The notes under the pieces are model-generated. The model did no database searches, was not told the DNA's origin, and saw only the letters and a list, made by a program, of their open reading frames with translations. This document shows, one piece after another, positions 1-7,540 of a DNA stretch of 64,000 nt (the first letter of the stretch is position 1; the number at the start of each line of letters is the position of its first letter). Source of the DNA: a virus. Its lineage: Duplodnaviria; Caudoviricetes. The position numbers and the translations under genes are program-made. The stretch lies in the IMG/VR virus record IMGVR_UViG_3300028412_000003, one strand, 5' to 3'.

Positions 1-53
1 GCTCGCACTTATTGCGTGCAGACTGCTACACGTTACATGGGATCGATGCGCGC

Positions 54-234
54 ATAAAAACAACTTAAAAGTGTGCAACAAATAGTTGCACACTTTTTAG
101 TTTAAAAAATTCTCGAGGGGTGGGGGGGATCAGCCGCCCGATAAAAACAACTAAAAAGTGTGCAACAAATAGTTGCACTGTGCAACAAATAGTTGCACAC
201 TTTTTAGTTTAAAAAATTCTCGAGGGGTGGGGGG
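54..234. repeat. Two ~75-bp direct repeats (54-128, 141-234) carrying three copies of the palindrome GTGCAAC-AAATA-GTTGCAC
   Basis: Read directly. Copy 2 has an internal 20-nt tandem duplication (159-178, 179-198). Copy 1 has a 13-bp stem AAAAGTGTGCAAC/GTTGCACACTTTT at 67-97. Both copies end in GGGGTGGGGGG. Confidence 0.95.
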
Positions 235-348
235 CATATAAAAAGAATTACAACTATAGCGTGCGCAAGCGCAAAGCCTAATTAATCTAATTAAATCTTT
301 TTAATCTTTTAAATCAACGCTTTTTAAAAATGGGGTGAGTTAGAATCA

Positions 349-498
349 CCACCCAGAATTGATAAGTACTTCTACTAAAATTTTCTGCGGGCTATTTTTT
401 TAATCCTGCAGACCCCTTTTCGGGCCACCCAGAATTGATAAGTACTTCTACTAAAATTTTCTGCGGGCTATTTTTTAATCCTGCAGACCCCTTTTCGG
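349..498. repeat. Near-perfect tandem duplication of a 75-bp unit (349-423, 425-498)
   Basis: CCACCCAGAATTGATAAG...GACCCCTTTTCGG occurs twice; copies differ only by T7 vs T6. Confidence 0.95.
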
Positions 499-581
499 AC
501 CGGCCCGAGGAATTTTGGTGCCGGCATGCGGCCGGTTGAGACTGGGCTCCGGCCGGCGAACCACACAACCAAGTTAATAAC

Positions 582-610
582 TTGACAACCAAGTTTGATT
601 CTGCTACACT
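582..610 (+). promoter_or_regulatory. sigma70-type promoter TTGACA-17-TACACT
   Basis: Perfect -35, 17-nt spacer, near-consensus -10; points into the + strand small-gene array. Confidence 0.7.
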
Positions 611-652
611 GTAAAAACAGTTAAAGTTATAGCTCAAGAAAGAAAAATCACA

Positions 653-1039
653 GTGTCAATTACAGAAACAATCCGGTGCCAGCACCGACAGAACCGACCG
701 ACATGCGGGCCGTCCCCGACCAAGGTTGAACCGTCTGATTCAAATATAATCACCGTTCAAACTCTTGATCAGCCGGTGCGGGCGGTCGATCGCCGGTTCG
801 AGAAGCAATCGGTGCAGCCGGGCGGCGAGCGGTTCGAGAAGCAATCGGTGTGGCGTCCGAGGGTGAGCGGCCGGTTCGGTCTCGGCGATGACGGGCCGTG
901 GCAAAAATTCGCAATCCGCTTCCGCTGTCGCGGCTTCGCAGAAAGAACGGTTGTCGGCTGGGTCAGCACCGGGTTCAACTCAAGAAGTCGGCTTTGTAAA
1001 ACAAACTTCCACAGTATTCATGTCGATAGAACCGATTGA
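653..1039 (+). CDS. Doubtful GC-rich ORF (128 aa, GTG start) with an RFEKQSV repeat
   Basis: Follows the 582-610 promoter and overlaps the next start like its neighbours, but composition is atypical for this genome and no family is recognised. Confidence 0.3.
   Translation: MSITETIRCQHRQNRPTCGPSPTKVEPSDSNIITVQTLDQPVRAVDRRFEKQSVQPGGERFEKQSVWRPRVSGRFGLGDDGPWQKFAIRFRCRGFAERTVVGWVSTGFNSRSRLCKTNFHSIHVDRTD
794..850. repeat. 21-nt direct repeat CGGTTCGAGAAGCAATCGGTG x2 (794-814, 830-850)
   Basis: Read directly; period 36 nt. Confidence 0.9.
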
Positions 1040-1253
1040 TCTTTGGACACATCTTTACCAAAATCATTGTGATCCACGTCGAGAATTTAATATCGATCAA
1101 AGTTTAAAATTTCGTTATCCGGATATAGTTAGAGTAAATGTAATGAACGATCCCGGGCTACGTCAACGATTAGACCTTGCCGTTCATTTTAAGAATGAAG
1201 TAGCAGTAACTAAATTTTTGATGACAAGCGAATTATCTGTTTATACAAGGTGA
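1020..1253 (+). CDS. Small paralogue-array protein (HFKNEVAVTKFLM)
   Basis: ATG at 1020 inside track ORF 888..1253, where AT-rich composition begins; shared C-terminal motif. Confidence 0.7.
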   Translation: MSIEPIDLWTHLYQNHCDPRREFNIDQSLKFRYPDIVRVNVMNDPGLRQRLDLAVHFKNEVAVTKFLMTSELSVYTR

Positions 1254-1262
1254 GGAAAGACT

Positions 1263-1561
1263 ATGGTAATTAATTTATATTTCACTTCTCCTTCTTTTCA
1301 AAAAGAAGATCTTGAAGACATTACTTTTCAAGATGCAATCACTCCACAAGCAGATCAGCTAACAGAAAAATTATCGGCCCCGCAATTTAAAGTCTATTCA
1401 GGTGCTAATAGGAAAAAAATCCTGAAACGTTCTTTTATCCTTGGACGAAAGTAACCGTTCATGATCCACAGCTCGAATCGATTTTTTGGTTATTGGCTGG
1501 TTCTTTTATATCAGAAGACAACTTGGTTTTTATAAGAAGGGAAGAATTTTTAGATGAATAA
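1263..1561 (+). pseudogene. Frameshifted paralogue-array gene (shift at A7, 1413-1419)
   Basis: SD GAGGA + ATG 1263. Adding one A gives ...RKKNPETFFYPWTKVTVHDPQLESIFWLL...EEFLDE*, ending at 1561 over the next ATG. Confidence 0.6.
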
Positions 1562-1865
1562 CAATTTTGATAATTTGTTTACAGTCGAAGAACCAAGTGA
1601 GGATAGTTGCATCACGCTTCCTATTAATAATAAAGATCTTAAATTTTCTTTATCCAACATGTGGAGAATAAAAGCATTATGCAAAGATTTAAAAAAGGGT
1701 GTTGGAGAAAGATTTGATATTTCATATGACGTGATCAGGATTGACAGGCGTGGCGTAGCAATTTTTAATATAACAGTAGAATATGAAAAACCAAGTGATG
1801 CTACTTTGTTTTGGATGAAATTTAACAGTCTTGACCGACAATTGTTAAATCACTTTGTAAGATGA
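1554..1865 (+). CDS. Small paralogue-array protein (EYEKPSDATLFWM)
   Basis: ORF track, coupled start/stop, shared motif. Confidence 0.8.
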   Translation: MNNNFDNLFTVEEPSEDSCITLPINNKDLKFSLSNMWRIKALCKDLKKGVGERFDISYDVIRIDRRGVAIFNITVEYEKPSDATLFWMKFNSLDRQLLNHFVR

Positions 1866-2167
1866 AAAAAGATCGTTTTATAACTTTGAGAATAAGTCCC
1901 TGGGATATGTTACCATCCATGGCGGAAGACGAGTTAGCTCAAGCTGTTGTTGACCAATTGAGCCAAGCGTCTGGTCCTAGTTATTCTATATCCTATCATA
2001 AATTTTCTACTTGTAAATATATGATCGGTGGTAACGAATTAAACCTTCAAATTTACACTATTCTTGTATATTTTGAACATGAACACGAAGAAAGTTTATT
2101 TTGGTTACGCGGCTCCGAAGTATTAAAAAGAATAAAATTTATAAAAAACGATGAAAATTGTATCTAG
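1862..2167 (+). CDS. Small paralogue-array protein (YFEHEHEESLFWL)
   Basis: ORF track, ATGA overlap, shared motif. Confidence 0.8.
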   Translation: MKKDRFITLRISPWDMLPSMAEDELAQAVVDQLSQASGPSYSISYHKFSTCKYMIGGNELNLQIYTILVYFEHEHEESLFWLRGSEVLKRIKFIKNDENCI

Positions 2168-2185
2168 TAATCGTCAACGTTTCTC

Positions 2186-2214
2186 TTGACTCTTGTTTTA
2201 GAATCCTGCATAAT
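2186..2214 (+). promoter_or_regulatory. sigma70-type promoter TTGACT-17-CATAAT
   Basis: Near-consensus hexamers with 17-nt spacer in the gap before 2248. Confidence 0.7.
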
Positions 2215-2247
2215 ATAATACTATAGTTATAAAAGAGGTTTTGTTTT

Positions 2248-2490
2248 ATGGATTATTCAGTTACAATTAGCCTTTCTTTTACAGAAGTCTTAGAGTGGAT
2301 AGAGGTTAACCTCTATCCACTCGTTAACGACTACAATTTTAATCGTTTGTCCAAAAAATTAAAAAAACAGCATCCTTATATAATTAAAATAACAAATGAC
2401 GCGCCTTATGAATTTCAAATCTTCTTTAAAAAAGAAAGTGATGTTACTTTCTTTTCTTTAAAAAATACGATTGGAGAAATAATAAAATGA
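2248..2490 (+). CDS. Small paralogue-array protein (FFKKESDVTFFSL)
   Basis: ORF track, SD GAGG, shared motif. Confidence 0.8.
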   Translation: MDYSVTISLSFTEVLEWIEVNLYPLVNDYNFNRLSKKLKKQHPYIIKITNDAPYEFQIFFKKESDVTFFSLKNTIGEIIK

Positions 2491-2750
2491 TAACTCAAAG
2501 ATTGTTAGTTCCTCCAATGGTGTTTTTAGAGTACATCTATTCAATTCCAGATGCCTGTCATAATTTTACTCCAGATGAATTTAGCCAAAAATTTATAAAA
2601 GAACATCCTGTTGTCGATAAAATGTATTATATTATTGATAATAATGTCAATAATTTCAACGAACCACATATTTTTGAATTGTCTTTCAAAAAGAAAAGTG
2701 ACGTTACTGTCTTTTTATTAACAAGCTCATATGGTAGGTATTTAAAATGA
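2487..2750 (+). CDS. Small paralogue-array protein (SFKKKSDVTVFLL)
   Basis: ORF track, ATGA overlap, shared motif. Confidence 0.8.
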   Translation: MITQRLLVPPMVFLEYIYSIPDACHNFTPDEFSQKFIKEHPVVDKMYYIIDNNVNNFNEPHIFELSFKKKSDVTVFLLTSSYGRYLK

Positions 2751-3004
2751 AAACAGTTGTTGAATTGAAAATGACCAAACGAGCATTTGCCAAATATCAT
2801 AATTTAGCCAACGACAGATTTTATGATATACCTAGTTTTATAATCTCTTTGAAGAATCATTTTAATCTCGAACTTGTTTTTTATGAACATCAAACTGTTT
2901 ATCGCGAATACGTTTTTAAGATACATTTTGAAGAAGACATCGAGGTAACTAAATTTTTAATGATGGTTTCATTTGGGCGTTATAAAATAATAGAGGGATG
3001 GTGA
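2747..3004 (+). CDS. Small paralogue-array protein (HFEEDIEVTKFLM)
   Basis: ORF track, ATGA overlap, shared motif. Confidence 0.8.
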   Translation: MKTVVELKMTKRAFAKYHNLANDRFYDIPSFIISLKNHFNLELVFYEHQTVYREYVFKIHFEEDIEVTKFLMMVSFGRYKIIEGW

Positions 3005-3007
3005 AAA

Positions 3008-3286
3008 ATGAGAATAGAGAGAACATTAAGAGTTTTGGACCGCCTTCTGTTAGATTTAAATGATATTCCCTTTCCAAAAACTGTTCATCAATTTACAGAC
3101 TTGTTCAAAGAAACATATAAACCTTATATAGAAAGTATCAAATTTCTTCATAGTGTATCTAATCTTAAAGAAAAAAGAATTGAACATTATTTTATCGTCA
3201 TCTTTAAAAATGAAAAAAACGAAACTGCTTGTTTCTTATCAGATAAGTTGTACGGGAAAGTAATTTATGATAAAGAAAATTTTTAA
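3008..3286 (+). CDS. Small paralogue-array protein (IFKNEKNETACFL)
   Basis: ORF track, shared motif. Confidence 0.8.
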   Translation: MRIERTLRVLDRLLLDLNDIPFPKTVHQFTDLFKETYKPYIESIKFLHSVSNLKEKRIEHYFIVIFKNEKNETACFLSDKLYGKVIYDKENF

Positions 3287-3549
3287 ACTTTCTGACACAT
3301 CTAGCCTCTCTTATATTTATTTTATATTACTTTATAAGGATTCTCCTTTGGTAATAAGATTGTACTAGGATCAAAGGAGATTTTAATGAAGGTCCTCCAA
3401 ATACATTTATATATTTTTTAGAATTAACATTTGATAACGAAAAATCAATGACGATGTTTCTTTTAAGAGATATTACATTTGGGATAAAAGATATACTATC
3501 GTTTGAATTAATCGAAGACGAAGAAATTTTAAGAACCCTCAAACATTAA
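3267..3549 (+). pseudogene. Frameshifted paralogue-array gene (one extra base near 3357)
   Basis: ATG 3267 gives MIKKIFKLSD...SPLVI; removing one A continues as DCTRIKGDF...ELTFDNEKSMTMFLLRD...KH*. Confidence 0.6.
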
Positions 3550-3793
3550 AGAGATAGTTATTCCAACAGTAACAATAAAAAATCTCAATAGAGATCCATT
3601 AATAACAGAATGGAAAGAGGTTGTCTCTAAATCTTTAACCGATTGTAAGTATGTAACGTCTTTTAGGGTTAGAAAAACGATCACACTGATAGATGAAATT
3701 GAAATTAAATTTGACTCAAACGTTAAGAAGACAGCGTTTTTGCTTTCTTCTAATCTTAGTAATTGGACTGTGATAGAACATGACGATAACTAG
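3545..3793 (+). CDS. Paralogue-array protein without a canonical start (possible ATT at 3545; KFDSNVKKTAFLL)
   Basis: Open frame IKEIVIPTV...EIKFDSNVKKTAFLLSSNLSNWTVIEHDDN*; missing from the ORF track because it has no early ATG/GTG/TTG. Confidence 0.55.
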   Translation: MKEIVIPTVTIKNLNRDPLITEWKEVVSKSLTDCKYVTSFRVRKTITLIDEIEIKFDSNVKKTAFLLSSNLSNWTVIEHDDN

Positions 3794-4043
3794 AAAATTT
3801 AAGATAGTTGAAAACACTTCATTACGTACTGAAGAAATTGTATCTTTAATTTGCGAAAATAGATTTGTATATAAGGTCGCATCTAAATTACCTGGTAACT
3901 TAGGAAAAGATTCAAATAATAATTATGTTTGGTATACTTCTATAATCTTTAAAGATGAAAAAAATCTAACTGCTTATTTAATAAGTGATACAACAATTAA
4001 TGAGAAACTAAAGTCAGTTACTTTAGTGGAGGAAGAATTATGA
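3780..4043 (+). CDS. Small paralogue-array protein (IFKDEKNLTAYLI); recent duplicate of the next gene
   Basis: ORF track; close amino-acid and nucleotide similarity to 4040..4300. Confidence 0.85.
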   Translation: MTITRKFKIVENTSLRTEEIVSLICENRFVYKVASKLPGNLGKDSNNNYVWYTSIIFKDEKNLTAYLISDTTINEKLKSVTLVEEEL

Positions 4044-4300
4044 TAACTAGAAAATTTAAAATAGTTGAATCAAGTTCAGTAGATCTTATACAAATTGTCC
4101 CTTTAATTTGCGATAATAGATTTGTACATAAGGCTGAACTTTCTTCAACTGATCAGCTTGAAAGAAATAAAGATCTTAGTTTTGTTTGGTATGCTAATTT
4201 AACTTTTGAAAATGAAAAAAATCTAACTGCATACTTAATGAGTGACACAACAATTAATCAAATTTTGAAGTCGATTACTTTAGTAGAGGAAGAATTATGA
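4040..4300 (+). CDS. Small paralogue-array protein (TFENEKNLTAYLM)
   Basis: ORF track; same MITRKFKIVE start and TLVEEEL end as the previous gene. Confidence 0.85.
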   Translation: MITRKFKIVESSSVDLIQIVPLICDNRFVHKAELSSTDQLERNKDLSFVWYANLTFENEKNLTAYLMSDTTINQILKSITLVEEEL

Positions 4301-4558
4301 TAGAAATAAAACTTAAAATTAGACTTGAAAAAAACTAAAGATACCACACATCAATATTTTATATTACACAGTGCTATGTCAGAAAGATTAAAAGAATCTA
4401 AAATAGATATAATTAAAGAGATAATGCCACCAACACCAAATCCTAATTGTTTTGAGGGATATGATCCTTCATATTGGGTCTTAAAATTTAAAAATAAATT
4501 AGACCTGACAAGATTTTATCTAACAACTAATTTAAGTGATTGGATCGTAACAGAATGA
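4297..4558 (+). pseudogene. Paralogue-array gene with probable frameshift at A7 (4328-4334); KFKNKLDLTRFYL
   Basis: Coupled ATG at 4297 gives MIEIKLKIRLEKN*; deleting one A joins it to track ORF 4325..4558. Confidence 0.55.
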
Positions 4559-4601
4559 AGAAAAAATTTTAATAGAAATTTATAATAATGATATATAATA
4601 T

Positions 4602-4838
4602 GTGCTCACTAATTTCTATGTTCGTTTTCACGAACCATTAAACAACTGGCCAGGCGTAAGACTTGCTATGATAAAAAGCATAGCAAGTGAATTAAAATCT
4701 CGTGGATTCTCGGTTACTACTTTAACCGGAGATATAATTCAACTTGAGCATCAAAAACTTTCATCAAAAACTCAAGTTGCTATTATATTAGGAAGTCTTA
4801 GTCGTTACTTTAGTATAGACGAAGATACGCAAACTTAG
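4602..4838 (+). CDS. Hypothetical protein (78 aa)
   Basis: ORF track; last gene of the + strand block. Confidence 0.6.
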   Translation: MLTNFYVRFHEPLNNWPGVRLAMIKSIASELKSRGFSVTTLTGDIIQLEHQKLSSKTQVAIILGSLSRYFSIDEDTQT

Positions 4839-4994
4839 AATCTAACAAGACGTCTAAAGAGTCATGTATTTAAAAACCTGCACTTAACCAGCAATACACC
4901 GCGCTGCAATGCGCGTACAATGCTGGTGTTTGTTTTTTTGTTAAGTTATGCGCTGCGCGTATAGTGTTAAGTCTACACGCAGGACACCGTGTTA

Positions 4995-5014
4995 TAACCG
5001 GTTTAAACCGGTTA
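4995..5014. terminator. Perfect 20-bp palindrome TAACCGGTTTAAACCGGTTA at a gene convergence point
   Basis: Read directly; overlaps the helicase stop codon; terminator role inferred from position. Confidence 0.45.
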
Positions 5015-6427
5015 ATCTTCAGCATCGTAATTTTTCAAAAAATCTCTAACTTTTGAAGAACTAGACACCGCTCTTACTTTAGCTTCGGGAGCATCTTCAT
5101 TATCTGATGCTCCCGTCCGCTTTAATTTACTCAACATAGATGTACCACCACTTTTTATCCCTGCATTGATAGGAGCGTCATCATCGTCTTCTCCTAGATC
5201 AAAGATTCGAAGTGTGTCAATATTATATCCTAAATCAATATTAGTGCCAACCCCAGATGACGATCTTGTTTTCATCAACTGTAATTGATACCTTCCTCTT
5301 TCTCTCATTGCTCGAGAAGTAAAGATGCCAAATACATTATCAGCAGTTTGAATCTTACTTAACCCTCCAGATATATGAGAATGATCAAATTCAATTTCTT
5401 CAACTGCTCCTCTGTTTAACTGAGAAGCTGTAACGAAAATCATGTTTAATTCCATAGCTAGATTTCGTAGTTCTTCCGAAACATACTTGTCTTTTATGAA
5501 AAGATTCTCTGGACTAATTTTAACCGAAATAGGCATCAACAGGTCTAAGTAGTCAAGTAAGATTACATCATACTTTATTCCACCTTTTATTTCAAGTTCC
5601 TTTATATAAGCCCGAACATCATTTGCAGTCTTTCCTGATGGCATATATTTGATTTGAACGCTGCCTGATTTCTTGCCAATCATCTTAACCTTAAGTTCAA
5701 CATCATCAATGCTCTTAAAGATATCTCTACTCGGTATGTCTGTTAGCATCGAATCAAGTCTCATAGACACCAACGGCTCACTTAATTCTAAGGTAAGATA
5801 TAAAACATTTAATCCGGCCCTTGCCCAATTAACTCCAAGGTTAGCAAGGAACAAAGATTTACCTGCACCGGATGCTCCTGCAAATATATTCAATTCTCCT
5901 CGGTTCATTCCACCAAAAAGTTTTCGGTCTAATGCTTCCCATCCCGTACTTATTTGCCCATTCTTTTCTTTTATGCTTAACAATCTTCCTCTCGGGTCAG
6001 CAAAGTAATCTGTACCCATATCTTTTTGTAACCCAATTTGTACAGCCTTCTTTATTTGTTCTTCAACTGGTCCATAATCTCCTTTTTCAAGAAGTTCAGC
6101 CGAATCCATAATAGCTCGTTCTAATGCTTTGTGACGCGTAAATGTTTCAAATTCATCCATTAACCAGTCATAATGATTACTTTCTAATTGAGATACATGT
6201 CTCAAATCTGTAGAAGCTGCTGAGTTGACAATTTCAACTAACGGTAATGCATTATATTGAGTAACATAATCATTTATAAATTTTGCTGCTGGACGCAAGC
6301 GTCTATCAAAAAGTGTGTCATCAAATATATTTTGACATCTAACAAAGGTTACTGCATCAGACAGTAGCATTTCTAAATAAACTTTTTGTATATCATATCC
6401 ATAGTCTGTATTTTGTCTAGTTGCCAT
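5012..6427 (-). CDS. gp41: Replicative DNA helicase, DnaB / T4 gp41-like
   Basis: Walker A GASGAGKS, Walker B ILLDYLD, TASQLNR, C-terminal MKTRSS. Confidence 0.93.
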   Translation of the reverse strand: MATRQNTDYGYDIQKVYLEMLLSDAVTFVRCQNIFDDTLFDRRLRPAAKFINDYVTQYNALPLVEIVNSAASTDLRHVSQLESNHYDWLMDEFETFTRHKALERAIMDSAELLEKGDYGPVEEQIKKAVQIGLQKDMGTDYFADPRGRLLSIKEKNGQISTGWEALDRKLFGGMNRGELNIFAGASGAGKSLFLANLGVNWARAGLNVLYLTLELSEPLVSMRLDSMLTDIPSRDIFKSIDDVELKVKMIGKKSGSVQIKYMPSGKTANDVRAYIKELEIKGGIKYDVILLDYLDLLMPISVKISPENLFIKDKYVSEELRNLAMELNMIFVTASQLNRGAVEEIEFDHSHISGGLSKIQTADNVFGIFTSRAMRERGRYQLQLMKTRSSSGVGTNIDLGYNIDTLRIFDLGEDDDDAPINAGIKSGGTSMLSKLKRTGASDNEDAPEAKVRAVSSSSKVRDFLKNYDAED

Positions 6428-6434
6428 TCGTTAT

Positions 6435-7409
6435 TTAATTTCCCCATACACCATCAATACTAACCGGTTTACGATAATGCCAAAGTACTGCTCCAATTGC
6501 AGATCCTGGATCGCCCGGGTATTGAGGTACATGTACATTATACCACTGTTTTCGTATCTTGTCAATTGATCTTTTATTCATTGCACATCCACCCGTTATT
6601 GCAAGATCATTTGCTCCGGTTAATCTCTGTGTATGATATGACAGATGTTCAATTGCTGCTTCAAAAAGATATTGTGTGCATGAAGCAAATTGTTCTTTCG
6701 TAAAGCCGTCATCCTCTTTCCAGGATCTACATCCTCGATGAAGGTTGGTTTTCAATTTTACAAAAGGTTTTCTGTTCTGTAGTTCAAATATATCATCTAA
6801 CATATGTTCTAATAATTTTCCTCCCTTAGTCTTGTCTGTGTCTCTAATTTCTGCTATTTTATATTCATCTTGTTGAGGTATCAATCCCATACGTTGAGTC
6901 ATAGCCGAATAAAACAATCCAAGACTATGAGGATAACCTTGAGAATATACCTTTTTTAGGGTCCATTCTTTAGTGCCTTTCCAAATAGATATAGTGTCAA
7001 ATTCTCCAATAGAATCTATCACCAAAACTGCACACTCTGGATTTTCTTGTGTATAATATCCATAAGCGGCATGAGACTGATGGTGTAATGTATATGTGAT
7101 AGGTGCTGTTGCATATGAGAATTTTTGAGGTCTATTGTTGATAAATCCCTGTCCTGCACGTAATTGTCTGATAGATTTAAGTGGTGGATTTTCATACCAA
7201 AATATTTTATCAGGATAACCAAAAAGATCTATTGCATCCTTTTCCATGTCTGGAGATATAAAGTTGTCTCCTTTCATTCCTGAGTATTCACTTGCTAGCC
7301 GTGCCCATAATGGCCATGGCTTTTTGGTGTAAGATAATCCTCTTACACCAAAATTATGTACCGATAAACTTGCATCATGGCTTCCACCTGTTGCTCCCCA
7401 AATTATCAT
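6435..7409 (-). CDS. Carbamoyltransferase, NodU/CmcH family, N-terminal (Kae1-like) domain only
   Basis: HDAS, HHQSHAA, VIDSIGE, GGCAMN, PGDPGSAIGA; ends where the C-terminal domain would begin. Confidence 0.8.
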   Translation of the reverse strand: MIIWGATGGSHDASLSVHNFGVRGLSYTKKPWPLWARLASEYSGMKGDNFISPDMEKDAIDLFGYPDKIFWYENPPLKSIRQLRAGQGFINNRPQKFSYATAPITYTLHHQSHAAYGYYTQENPECAVLVIDSIGEFDTISIWKGTKEWTLKKVYSQGYPHSLGLFYSAMTQRMGLIPQQDEYKIAEIRDTDKTKGGKLLEHMLDDIFELQNRKPFVKLKTNLHRGCRSWKEDDGFTKEQFASCTQYLFEAAIEHLSYHTQRLTGANDLAITGGCAMNKRSIDKIRKQWYNVHVPQYPGDPGSAIGAVLWHYRKPVSIDGVWGN

Positions 7410-7417
7410 CTAATTTC

Positions 7418-7540
7418 CTATTTGTAAATGAAAGGATCTCTTTCTTGCATCTTCTTTAATCTTTTTTTAAAGGCTCTTTCTTCTTGCCACCATGTATAGG
7501 GGTAAGTGATCCATTCCCAAACCTTTTTTAAAAAAACCAT
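7418..7540 (-). CDS. 40-aa hypothetical protein MVFLKKVWEWITYPYTWWQEERAFKKRLKKMQERDPFIYK
   Basis: Translated by hand; fills the gap between primase and carbamoyltransferase. Confidence 0.6.
   Translation of the reverse strand: MVFLKKVWEWITYPYTWWQEERAFKKRLKKMQERDPFIYK

Noticed and set aside
54-498. CRISPR array
   Set aside because: Only 2-3 copies per unit, units of about 75 bp, no unique spacers of constant length, no cas genes.
790-960. tRNA genes suggested by GTTCGA motifs
   Set aside because: No acceptor stem, D arm or anticodon arm could be built around either copy.
392-978. Track ORFs 392..637 and 769..978 (minus) and the 888-1019 extension
   Set aside because: They arise from the tandem repeat or GC-rich composition; no SD or recognisable motif.
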